Part shown: piece by piece, positions 31,280 through 40,626 of the stretch | Numbering within the stretch: position 1 is the stretch's first letter | Layout: each line of letters begins with the position of its first letter | NCBI GenBank assembly: GCA_965208325.1 | Contig: OZ242326.1 | Location: forward strand, 1,344,001 to 1,408,000 | Reading direction: 5' to 3' | DNA length: 64,000 nucleotides | Source of the DNA: Candidatus Poribacteria bacterium | Lineage (GTDB): Bacteria; Poribacteria; WGA-4E; PCPOR2b | The notes under the pieces: generated by a model | The model's database searches: none | Seen by the model: the letters and a program-made list of their open reading frames with translations, nothing else | Told to the model about the DNA's origin: nothing | Made by a program: the position numbers and the translations under genes

Positions 31280-31747
31280 AACCTGTTTGAACAATACGTG
31301 TCAAAGCTAATTTAGGGCGTTTCAGGTGCTAATAACCGTTGGAACTTCTATCGCACGGCATTTTACTATCGCCTTCGCTATTCGCTCAATTGATTATATT
31401 CAGTCGCTTAATCCCGCCAAATACCTTACTCCAGCATGGGGCGGGGCAAGATGCCCCGCCTACAGGGTGGGGTGGCTAACGCGGGGCAAGATGCCCCGCC
31501 TACAGCGTGTGGCGGCTAACGCGGGGCAAGATGCCACGACTACAAGGTGTGGCGGCTAACGCGGGGCAAGATGCCACGACTACAAGGTGTGGCGGCTAAC
31601 GCGGGGCAAGATGCCACGACTACAAGGTGTGGTGGCGAACGCGGGGCAAAATGACCCGCCTACAGCGTGTGGCGGCGAACGTGAGGCAAGATGCCCCGCC
31701 TACATGGTGTGGCGTCGAACTGTATAAATGGAATTTTCAAACAGGTT
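31280..31747. mobile_element. Putative MITE-like element enclosing the 40 bp array
   Basis: 12 bp inverted ends AACCTGTTTGAA (31280-31291) and TTCAAACAGGTT (31736-31747). Confidence 0.45.
31441..31720. repeat. 7 x 40 bp tandem REP array
   Basis: Unit GCGGGGCAAGATGCCCCGCCTACA plus a near-identical 16 bp linker. Hairpin with GTAG on the minus strand. Confidence 0.95.
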
Positions 31748-31811
31748 CTAAACGACACTGAAGCAGCACCACCGTATAGAAACCGCTCAACATTATCATC
31801 GGAGGAACTCA

Positions 31812-32870
31812 ATGTATAAAATTGGCTTAATTCCCGGCGACGGAATTGGTCCCGAAATTACGAGAGAAGCCATGAAGGTCGTCGGGGCAGCAGCCGAAAA
31901 AACAAACTTCCAGTACGAAACAGTCGAATACGATTTTGGCGGCGACCGCTATCTTGAGACGGGCGAAATCTTACCGGACTCTGCGCTAAATGAATTTCGA
32001 CAGATGGACGCAATTTTTTTAGGAGCAATTGGACACCCAGATGTTCAGCCGGGGATATTGGAGAAAGGAATCTTATTAAGAACCCGTTTTGAATTGGACC
32101 TGTACATCAACCTGCGCCCGGTAAAGCTGTACCCAGGCGTGTGGACACCCATAAAGGACAAAGGGCCGGAAGATATCGATTTCGTCATCGTTCGTGAGAA
32201 TACCGAGGGATTATACGTTGGAGGAGGCGGCTTCTTGAAACAGGGAACGCCAGATGAAGTGGCGATTCAAGAACTCATCGCCACACGCAAGGGAACAGAA
32301 CGCTGTATCCGCTACGCATTTGAGTTGGCAAGGAAGAGGGACAAAGCGAAGAAGTTGACTTCATGCGATAAAGCAAACGTACTTACCTATGCACACGATC
32401 TCTGGCGCCGCGTGTTTGAGGAAGTAGCGGTTGAATATCCCGACATTGAGACAGAATTCGCGTTCGTTGATGCGACAACGATGTGGATGGTGAAAAACCC
32501 CGAGTGGTTCGATGTTATTGTGACATGCAACATGTTCGGAGACATTATTACGGACCTTGGCGCGATGATTCAAGGCGGAATGGGCGTCGCCGCATCCGGG
32601 AATCTCCACCCCGGGAGCATGGCGATGTTTGAGCCCATCCACGGGTCCGCTCCGCGTTACACCAACAAGAACCAAATCAACCCCATCGCAGCGATATTTG
32701 CGGCCGGTATGATGCTTGAATACCTAGGGGAAACCGAGGCGGCTGGATTAGTAGATGGAGCAGCGAGCGACCTTCTTGGGAGCAAAAAGCTACGAGATCT
32801 GGCCGCGGGAAAAATGGGATATACAACCACCCAAGTCGGGGACATGATTGCCGACTCCGTGTCGACATGA
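31812..32870 (+). CDS. leuB: 3-isopropylmalate dehydrogenase
   Basis: [31 protein letters not shown] and FEPIHGSAP. Confidence 0.88.
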   Translation: MYKIGLIPGDGIGPEITREAMKVVGAAAEKTNFQYETVEYDFGGDRYLETGEILPDSALNEFRQMDAIFLGAIGHPDVQPGILEKGILLRTRFELDLYINLRPVKLYPGVWTPIKDKGPEDIDFVIVRENTEGLYVGGGGFLKQGTPDEVAIQELIATRKGTERCIRYAFELARKRDKAKKLTSCDKANVLTYAHDLWRRVFEEVAVEYPDIETEFAFVDATTMWMVKNPEWFDVIVTCNMFGDIITDLGAMIQGGMGVAASGNLHPGSMAMFEPIHGSAPRYTNKNQINPIAAIFAAGMMLEYLGETEAAGLVDGAASDLLGSKKLRDLAAGKMGYTTTQVGDMIADSVST

Positions 32871-32941
32871 AACATGGCGCAGGTTACGGGGGAAGATAGG
32901 ATTTTTTCCAATTACTCTTAAATTCGGCAAGAGATTCCCTC

Positions 32942-33904
32942 ATGAGACAACTTTTCTACATCTGCTTTGTCTGCTTTTTCATATTCATACCGCTTAGTGT
33001 TCCCGTAACACCGGGGAATACCGGCACATCATCGAACACGCTAGATACGACACATTTCCGAATCCATTTCCAATCTCATGCCAAATCAGCGCAAGAAGTT
33101 GCCGACATCGCTGAAATTTTTTATTCGCAACTAGATCGCTTGATTAACAGGATGGCGATAGGTAAGATAGAGATTTGGATTTGCGATACGGAAGCGCAGT
33201 TCCAATCGGCCGTCCACGCACCAATTCATGACTGGGCAATCGGTTGCGCCTTCCCGTTGAGCCGGCGTATTGTCATACAGAACCCTCGTGTAATCATTGA
33301 ACGAAAGTTCCAATTGTCGCAAATTGTCCGCCATGAAATTGTGCACGTTATTTTTGGACAACGCACGCAAAAGGCAATGAAATCCATTCCTTTGTGGTTT
33401 GTGGAAGGAATTGCGATGTATCTATCGGAGGAATGGACGCCTAATCACCACAAACTCTTGCTCAAAAATATATTCTCAAACTCGATTATACCACTATCGG
33501 ACCTCGCCTCGGCATTTCCTCGGTCCGAAATTCAGGCTCAACTCGCGTACGCGGAAAGCTTGAACGCCGTTGCGTGGCTCGTGGAACTCAGAGGAATCAA
33601 TACGCTGTGGGAGATTATCGCACGACTTGAAAACGGCGATGATTTAAACAGCGCTTACGAACAAACGCTCGGTTGGAATCTCAGCACATTTGATTCAGAA
33701 TGGCGCGCCTCGCTTCCGCGGCGTTATCACCGAGCGGCGATATTTGCCAACCCTTATATCCTTTGGGGGGTTATTACGACAGTATTCGTTCTGATTTTTC
33801 TCTACCGCCGGAAGCGATTGCGGCAACGACTTGCTGAACTTAATCGCGAGGAGTCCGAGATAGATCCGTTTTTTGAGCCGGACAGAGATTCCACAAATGA
33901 CTAA
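32942..33904 (+). CDS. Peptidase MA-like zinc metalloprotein, membrane anchored
   Basis: HEIVH and PLWFVEGIA, signal peptide, C-terminal TM helix. Confidence 0.8.
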   Translation: MRQLFYICFVCFFIFIPLSVPVTPGNTGTSSNTLDTTHFRIHFQSHAKSAQEVADIAEIFYSQLDRLINRMAIGKIEIWICDTEAQFQSAVHAPIHDWAIGCAFPLSRRIVIQNPRVIIERKFQLSQIVRHEIVHVIFGQRTQKAMKSIPLWFVEGIAMYLSEEWTPNHHKLLLKNIFSNSIIPLSDLASAFPRSEIQAQLAYAESLNAVAWLVELRGINTLWEIIARLENGDDLNSAYEQTLGWNLSTFDSEWRASLPRRYHRAAIFANPYILWGVITTVFVLIFLYRRKRLRQRLAELNREESEIDPFFEPDRDSTND

Positions 33905-34164
33905 ACGTCAGTCCTGCGAGTAAGATTGTCCAACCTCACCTTGAATCCTAGAGATTGCGGCCGTTGTCAAGGAGAAGTCAGCGCCGGTAATTTTTGCTTT
34001 TCCTGCGCAGTATTCAGTCATTCTCAACAGAAAATCAATAACGGGAATTTCGGGGGCCGGTAGGCTAACTGACGTTTGGCACACATAACAGTGTGCGAAT
34101 TCGTATTGATAGGTACTGCCGCCCGATGGCGCACAAATGTTGGGTGTTCGACCGCGTCTTCAGT

Positions 34165-34626
34165 TTACATTGCGTCGAAAAAGTCGATTAAATCCTTGCC
34201 GTGCACAGCCGCGTTTACCTGCTTGTCAATTTTTACAATGGTTCCAGCTTTATCAATTACAACCGTCGTGCGGCTACTCATGCCGTCCGGTTGGTCAGTG
34301 GCACCGAATAGCAAACTTAGGGTGCGGTCCGTGTCCACAAGAAGCGGAAAGTTCAAGCCGTAGCGTTCGGCAAACCTTCGGTGAGTCTCAGCGTCCTGCA
34401 CACTGACACCGAAAACTTGTACATCGCGTGCTGAAAATTGGCTCGACTCATCCCGGAGCGAGCAAACCTCCGCCGTTCACCCGCTGGTAAAGTCTTTCGG
34501 ATAAAAAGCCAGAACGACGTTTTTACTCCCAACGTAACCGCGCAGGCGATGCACAACGCCGTCCGCATCTTCCATTTCAATATCTGGCGCATCCATACCA
34601 ACTTCCAGCGATTTTAAGTCTGTCAT
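34165..34626 (-). CDS. Selenocysteine-containing peroxiredoxin (BCP/PrxQ family)
   Basis: One frame reads FYPKDFTSG-UGA-TAEVCSLRD. UGA at 34477-34479 occupies the peroxidatic Cys position. AGGAG RBS. Confidence 0.88.
34441..34463 (-). promoter_or_regulatory. Putative bacterial SECIS hairpin
   Basis: GCUCG-CUC-CGGGAU-GAG-U-CGAGC starting 13 nt after the UGA, with a G-containing apical loop and a bulged U. Confidence 0.7.
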
Positions 34627-34666
34627 CCGATTCTCCTGTGTATTTGCGAGTTTATTTTTAGCCAGC

Positions 34667-34695
34667 ATTATATCAATCCGCACCGCAGCCGTCAA
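34667..34695 (-). promoter_or_regulatory. Sigma70 promoter of the peroxiredoxin
   Basis: TTGACG, 17 bp spacer, TATAAT with a TG extension. Confidence 0.65.
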
Positions 34696-34952
34696 GACCG
34701 AATCAAAACACACATCAGTAATACCGTGTTACCTAATGGCGGAGAATCCCCGGTTTATCCGGTTGTGCCCGCTGCACCGCGAAGCCGCAAGTTTGCGTTG
34801 AGATCGAAGCCGTAAATTAATAGACACAATCCACGAAAAAGTGTAGAATAATCGGCACGGTTAGAAGCGAATCCGTTGGGTTAATCCCTAATTGTGCAGA
34901 AATCCTGCACACTAATTCGAAAATGCTTCAGTTGGACTATTTCGTTTAATGT

Positions 34953-35180
34953 TTGATAAAACATCAAACAGAGGTTAGCGTGCAAACCAAAATATTTGCA
35001 ATATTGGGTGGTTATTTTCGCAGCATATCTAAAACGGCATTGTGCTTGCAAGAGGAAATTAATGCTTGGCTTGCGGTAAATCCAGGAATCGAAATTTTAG
35101 ATATTAAGCATTCTTCATCCGGTGGAGGTGCAGAGCCAACCAAAATAATTTTCTCTATATGGTATAAACTAGATGTCTAA
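34953..35180 (+). CDS. Small hypothetical protein
   Basis: LQEEINAWLAVNPGIEILDIK...ISIWY-like composition typical of small conserved proteins. Start may be GTG 34980. Confidence 0.5.
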   Translation: MIKHQTEVSVQTKIFAILGGYFRSISKTALCLQEEINAWLAVNPGIEILDIKHSSSGGGAEPTKIIFSIWYKLDV

Positions 35181-35249
35181 TGAGGGTATGCGCGCAAATA
35201 TCTCAATTCGTCGTTATTGCTTACTATCTGCGTGTTAGGTGGAGTTTGA

Positions 35250-36542
35250 ATGATGGAACATAAGCATACCTTTACTAACCGTTCTTCACGCATTCGTTAT
35301 ACGCGGCGGCGGTTCCTTGCAGTTTTGGGTAAAGGGGCCGCGCTGGCGGGCGTGGGCGTTTTTGGCGCAGGTTCGGAAGTTGCCGTGCCAGGACTGTTTG
35401 GCGGAGGACTCATCCCCAACGCTTGGGGGGAGATTGCACCGAATTTACTCCCGAAACCGGATATGATTGTTCACTCGCAGAATCCATTTAACGGTGAGTT
35501 TCCGCCGCACCTGCTTGACGCGGACGTAACGCCCACTATTAGGCATTTCGTGCGAAACAACAGCAGCATACCGAAACGCGCCAAGTTCGGCGATTTACAT
35601 GGTTGGAAATTGACGATTGACGGGGAGGTTCATAGAAAACTCACGCTTTCGATGGACGACCTAATGCGTTTCCCAAACGTGACAGCGCATGCGGTGGTGG
35701 AATGTGCAGGAAATGGCAGGAGTCTATTCACACCGAGAGTTGACGGAACGCAGTGGATTCGTGGTGCGGTCGGCTGCAGCAAATGGACCGGGGTGCGCTT
35801 GCGCGATGTCTTGAAAGCCGCGGGCTTAAAAAATACCGCCGTTTACACCGGTAACCACGGCGAAGACCTACCGGTTGATTCGGGGGAAGCGTTTTCTCGG
35901 GGGATTCCGATTGAGAAGGCAATGGATGAGCATACGTTGATTGCTTTCAAGATGAACGGGGAGGATTTGCCGGCGGCACACGGATTTCCTGCGAGACTGA
36001 TTGTGCCGGGTTGGATTGGCAGTGCGATGCAGAAGTGGTTGAACCGCATATTGATTAGAGATCGAGTTCATGACTCGAAGAAAATGAGCGGGTACTCATA
36101 CCGCATACCGGCACATCCTCCGGTGCCGGGAATCACATCGCCCGAAAACGAGATGGAAATTGCCACGTCAGCGTTAATCAAGTCGCTCATCACCAGACCT
36201 AAATCGAACGTCGCCACGGACTCTGATAGACTGGAAATCACTGCAGGGTCGCCTGTTCAGGTTGGGGGCCACGCATGGTCGGGAGAAAACAAAGTCGATA
36301 AAGTTCATATTTCAACTGATTACGGCATCAAGTGGCAAGAGACCAGGCTGATCAAACCGTCGAATCGGTACGCTTGGTATCATTGGGAGACCGAAACCGC
36401 CTTTGAGAAAAGAGGATACTATGAAATATGGGCGCGTGCGTTTGACAATAAGGGCAACGCACAACCTTTCAGGCAACCTTGGAACCCCAAAGGATACCTC
36501 GGAAATGTAATTCATAGGGTTCCGGTCATCGTTGATTCGTAA
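35250..36542 (+). CDS. Tat-exported sulfite oxidase family molybdoenzyme (SorA/SoxC-like)
   Basis: TRRRFL Tat motif, FVRNN, ECAGNGR, HGFPARLIVPGW and a dimerisation domain. Confidence 0.92.
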   Translation: MMEHKHTFTNRSSRIRYTRRRFLAVLGKGAALAGVGVFGAGSEVAVPGLFGGGLIPNAWGEIAPNLLPKPDMIVHSQNPFNGEFPPHLLDADVTPTIRHFVRNNSSIPKRAKFGDLHGWKLTIDGEVHRKLTLSMDDLMRFPNVTAHAVVECAGNGRSLFTPRVDGTQWIRGAVGCSKWTGVRLRDVLKAAGLKNTAVYTGNHGEDLPVDSGEAFSRGIPIEKAMDEHTLIAFKMNGEDLPAAHGFPARLIVPGWIGSAMQKWLNRILIRDRVHDSKKMSGYSYRIPAHPPVPGITSPENEMEIATSALIKSLITRPKSNVATDSDRLEITAGSPVQVGGHAWSGENKVDKVHISTDYGIKWQETRLIKPSNRYAWYHWETETAFEKRGYYEIWARAFDNKGNAQPFRQPWNPKGYLGNVIHRVPVIVDS

Positions 36543-36589
36543 GCACGGAATTACTGCCGACATGCCGGATTCGCTACAAATTTTTGTTG

Positions 36590-36931
36590 CTATGAAAAGC
36601 ATTCCCCGATTTCGAAACTCCCGACCAACTTAACCCAAGTTGCAAATTAAAGTCAACATACGGGGCCAATGACGCTGTGAACAATAATCCCGTTTTAATA
36701 GGTTTTCGTGCGAAGACTTTACCCGACGTGAGCAATAACCCCGACGTAAAGCAAGAGAATAATTGACACACGTTTCCAAACGTTGACATTGACCATACAC
36801 CCGCCGAATTGAATCACCTTCTCAAGCCATATCCCGCCAATGAAATGGCAGCCTACGCTGTTTCGCGTATTGCCGCCGAAAAACGATACAATGCCGATCT
36901 GAATAGGTCAATTCGGAGATTATCACGTTGA
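36590..36931 (+). pseudogene. Remnant of an SOS response-associated peptidase (SRAP) gene
   Basis: Fragment HTPAELNHLLKPYPANEMAAYAVSR (36794-36868) resembles the SRAP C-terminus. No intact ORF. Confidence 0.5.
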
Positions 36932-37827
36932 AGAAGAGAATCCATCCGACATCCGCTGAAGTAGTTGAGCCCGCCAAAACATCGGTGCGCCCGCCCGCTG
37001 TCGCCGGCAGTTTTTATCCAAAGTCTCCAGAGATTCTGTCAATACAGGTACAAGGTCTCATTGACAGTGCGAAACCAAGATTTATGGATGGTGAACTCAT
37101 CGGACTTATCTCGCCCCATGCGGGCTACCATTATTCTGGCCGCGTTGCGGGACACGCCTACAGGCAGTTGGCGGGAAAGTCTTTAGATTCCGTAATTCTT
37201 ATCGGTTTGAGCCACCGCCATCCCGTGCAGCGTGCAGCAATCTACGGCCGCGGCCGGTTCCGAACGCCGCTTGGGGAGATTGAGATTGACGGCGAATTAG
37301 CGGGTGAAATCTTGCGGCGAAACCGGAGGGTTGTCCATCTACCCGAAGCACATGTTTACGAGCACAGTTTGGAGGTACAGTTGCCGTTTTTGCAAGGGGC
37401 GATTACCGACTTCCGCATCGTCCCTATCTTGGTGCAAGACGACTCGCCTGAAAACGTCATCCCGTTGGGCAAGGCAATCGCCGAGGCGATGCGCGGACGC
37501 TCTGCGCTCTTGATTTGTAGTACGGATATCTGCCACTATCCATCGTATGATGAGGCAGTGCAATCGGATCAGGTGGTCATTGAAGCAATACAGCGCTTCG
37601 ACGCTGATGAGTTACGCAAGCAGATAGCGGACTATCTGCGAACTCATGCCGTATCCAGACTCCACTGCATGATGTGCAGCACTGGCGCGGTTTATGCGAC
37701 TCTGGAAGCGGGGAGGCGACTCGGTGGAACACGGATAGAAGTGCTTGAAGCTGCGAATTCGGGAGATGTTCGCGACGGACGGCGAGATCAGGTGGTCAGT
37801 TATATGGCGGCTGCTATCTATTGTTGA
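36928..37827 (+). CDS. amrB: MEMO1 family / AmmeMemoRadiSam protein B
   Basis: VRPPAVAGSFYP, PHAGYHYSG, EHSLEVQLPFLQ, STDICHY and NSGD..VVSY. Confidence 0.9.
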   Translation: MKKRIHPTSAEVVEPAKTSVRPPAVAGSFYPKSPEILSIQVQGLIDSAKPRFMDGELIGLISPHAGYHYSGRVAGHAYRQLAGKSLDSVILIGLSHRHPVQRAAIYGRGRFRTPLGEIEIDGELAGEILRRNRRVVHLPEAHVYEHSLEVQLPFLQGAITDFRIVPILVQDDSPENVIPLGKAIAEAMRGRSALLICSTDICHYPSYDEAVQSDQVVIEAIQRFDADELRKQIADYLRTHAVSRLHCMMCSTGAVYATLEAGRRLGGTRIEVLEAANSGDVRDGRRDQVVSYMAAAIYC

Positions 37828-38045
37828 TTGAAAGCTGTCGTCCTGATAGTTGCGAGCCTTCACTCCAGATTCTATGCCCTTTTTTTTGGTACCCCTGTGT
37901 GTGTAACAACGCCCGCAATTGTGAATCATTGGCAGGAAAAGCCCGGAAACAGCCGCCAGCGGGCATTTCGATTTTGATTTGGATAATACCGTGAACGTGT
38001 GATAGAATGCGCGGAGAGCGGTTTTTAGGTGAAATTTCGATGTGT

Positions 38046-38060
38046 TGGCATGAAATATGC
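38046..38060 (+). promoter_or_regulatory. Putative sigma54 (-24/-12) promoter
   Basis: TGGCAT-GAAAT-ATGC (GG-N10-GC), 75 bp before ATG 38136. Confidence 0.6.
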
Positions 38061-38135
38061 GTGTTACTTTTAGACATGTTAAAGAATATAGTGACTACAT
38101 CTTACGTTTCGATCTATCAAAATTCGGACTAAGTT

Positions 38136-40523
38136 ATGAAACGCTTAATTTTACTGTTTCCATTTTTTGTTTCACTGATTATTTGCATAGATGGCCGTTC
38201 CGAATTGCCTCACCAGTTTCTGTTTGGGCATACACATCGCGTGCTTGCGATTGATTTCAGCCCAGATGGGCAGTGGCTTGCCTCCGGCGGCGATGGTGAA
38301 AATAACAAATATGAAATTTACATTTGGGATGCCGCGACAGGCGACCACATCTATACGCTTAACGGGCACACCGGCCAAATAATGGACCTTGCTTTCCGGA
38401 ATAATGGCAATCTTGCATCGGCTTCTGTAGACGGAAGTCTGCGGTTATGGGACGTTGGCGCGCAAGAAGAGATTCGCCAGTTTTATGGACAACAGGACGG
38501 GTTGACATCAGTAGCTTTTTGCTCTGAGGGAAAATGGCTGGCTGCGGGTTCGATTGATAAGGTGCTCAGATTATGGGAAGTTGATACTGGCCGGCTAATT
38601 TCGACTTTAGAAGGACATGGCGCTACCATCTGGGCCGTAGCATTCAGTCCCGATGGCGAAAGGATAGCATCCGCGTCAGAAGACCGAACTGTTCGTCTTT
38701 GGAATGCTCCGGACAGCGATGGAAACCTGATAAATCAAACACCGACCAATATCTTTACCGGACATACAAACCGCGTTTGGTCTCTGGCATTTCACCCTAA
38801 TAAAAATCTGGTTGCTTCAGGGTCATGGGACCACACAGTGCGCGTTTGGGATGCTAATGCAAGCAGCGAGGAAGCTGTCTTTCAGTCCCCCTTCGCAATG
38901 TACAATCGCGAAGTACTTTCGCTTGGCTTTAGTCCGGAAGGGAGATTGCTAGCGGTAGGGTTGCGCCACGTCGAGAACGACAACCCGCTAAAACTGTTGG
39001 ACTTCACATCGGGCAGCACACTCAGATCGTTCGACTCGAAATCGCGGCATGCATTGGACTTTAGTTTCGATGGATTTCGATTGGCCACCGCGGGAGCAGT
39101 TGATGGCACAATAATCATATGGAACTCCAGCCATTTGACCCCTACGCTTAACCATCCCGATGACGGCGATCTCATTGAAACGGCGCAAATTACCCTAAGT
39201 TGGGAGGCAGTCGAAGACTCGGTTTATTACGATGTTGAAATCTCCGACAATCCAGACTTTATGGAGGAGACTAAACTAAAAACGGTTACAGAAAGCCAGT
39301 TTGACTTTGAAGTCAACGGAGAAACACCAGCCTATTGGTGGCGTGTCCGTGCGGGCAGCCTCGGACAGGTCGGCGAATGGTCTGAACCTAGGTCGTTTAG
39401 CATACCGTTTGAACCACCCCTTACCTGCGACGTTTTAATCCTGCCGCCGCGCCGCCAAGTAAATTTGGGGGAGGAGTTTCATATAGAAGTTAAAATTCAT
39501 TCTGCAATAGATCTCGCAGGATTTCAGTTTGATCTTCAATGGACGAATCCCAATGTTCTCAATCTAGTCACGGTTACCGAATTCAGGAATATTTTTGGTG
39601 AATTTGGGCGTGGCAAAGCCGTTGATATTAATCGGGATCTGGGCGTGTTCAGAGATGTTGTTGCAACCAAACTTGGCGCAGGTGGTGTGAGCGGAAGCGG
39701 CACGCTGTTAAAAATGTTGTTCAGTGGCAAAGGCATCGGCACAAGTACCATTCGATTAAATAATCTCAAACTTGTCAACTCGGCAGGGGAACAGATTCAC
39801 TGTAATATTTACAACTCACAGATTGAGGTCGCAGATCCAGCAAGACCGTGGGATGTAAATGGAGACGGAATTGTTGACGTTTTCGATCTCAGCACGGTTG
39901 CGAAATACTTTGGAAAAGAAATTACTGTGGATTTGGGGCTGAATCCTGACGTCAACAGTGACGGAGTTGTCGATCTCAAGGACATAGTTCTTGTTGGAAA
40001 CTACATTGGTGAATCCTATCTGATGGACGGACAAGGAACCTCTGCTGCACCGCATTTCCACCAGACGAAGGAAGTGTACATAGCATCCCGCCATCGACCG
40101 ATTTTATTACCAAAAACACGCAATGCGCTAGAACGTATCTACACAATTTTGCAGCACAGTCCTGATAATTCTTTACCATTTGTTCGTACAAGACAGGTTT
40201 TACGTCATCTGTTGTCATCGGTTTCGCCTAGCCAAGATATATTATTTCAAAACTATCCGAATCCGTTCAATCCGGAAACATGGATTCCTTTCCAGCTTGC
40301 CGCAGACGGGGATGTGACAATCATAATTCACGATGTTAATGGAACACTAGTCCGTAAACTTGCGTTGGGCCATGTCGAAGCTAGTTCGTACATCAGGCGA
40401 ACTGATGCGGCCTATTGGGATGGGAGGGATCGATGGGGTGAACCTGCCGCCAGCGGTGTATATTTCTACACCATCTCAACGCGGTCATTCAAGGCTACTC
40501 GGGCTATGACGATTGTGAAATAA
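38136..40523 (+). CDS. Secreted WD40 + Fn3-like + cohesin + dockerin protein with FlgD-Ig/T9SS-like CTD
   Basis: GH...WD repeats, DLAGFQFDL...SGSGTLL cohesin, DVNGDGIVDVFDL/DVNSDGVVDLKDI dockerin and QNYPNPFNPETWIP...WDGRD...SGVYFY. Confidence 0.88.
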   Translation: MKRLILLFPFFVSLIICIDGRSELPHQFLFGHTHRVLAIDFSPDGQWLASGGDGENNKYEIYIWDAATGDHIYTLNGHTGQIMDLAFRNNGNLASASVDGSLRLWDVGAQEEIRQFYGQQDGLTSVAFCSEGKWLAAGSIDKVLRLWEVDTGRLISTLEGHGATIWAVAFSPDGERIASASEDRTVRLWNAPDSDGNLINQTPTNIFTGHTNRVWSLAFHPNKNLVASGSWDHTVRVWDANASSEEAVFQSPFAMYNREVLSLGFSPEGRLLAVGLRHVENDNPLKLLDFTSGSTLRSFDSKSRHALDFSFDGFRLATAGAVDGTIIIWNSSHLTPTLNHPDDGDLIETAQITLSWEAVEDSVYYDVEISDNPDFMEETKLKTVTESQFDFEVNGETPAYWWRVRAGSLGQVGEWSEPRSFSIPFEPPLTCDVLILPPRRQVNLGEEFHIEVKIHSAIDLAGFQFDLQWTNPNVLNLVTVTEFRNIFGEFGRGKAVDINRDLGVFRDVVATKLGAGGVSGSGTLLKMLFSGKGIGTSTIRLNNLKLVNSAGEQIHCNIYNSQIEVADPARPWDVNGDGIVDVFDLSTVAKYFGKEITVDLGLNPDVNSDGVVDLKDIVLVGNYIGESYLMDGQGTSAAPHFHQTKEVYIASRHRPILLPKTRNALERIYTILQHSPDNSLPFVRTRQVLRHLLSSVSPSQDILFQNYPNPFNPETWIPFQLAADGDVTIIIHDVNGTLVRKLALGHVEASSYIRRTDAAYWDGRDRWGEPAASGVYFYTISTRSFKATRAMTIVK

Positions 40524-40626
40524 CTCTGCTCGCGAACTTCCGATTCGCAGGTTTTCACATAGAAATTCAGTACTTCCTCTCCATTTTAGCGGGGTCCGGT
40601 GGATTAGCGCAGTAACACATGCCAGT

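Noticed and set aside
31441..31720. CRISPR array
   Set aside because: The linkers are 16 bp and nearly identical rather than unique spacers, the repeat is a GTAG REP hairpin, and there are no cas genes.
34165..34713. Two separate small genes or a peroxiredoxin pseudogene
   Set aside because: Both parts share one frame, with a single UGA at the catalytic Cys position and a downstream hairpin. Sec recoding explains it better.
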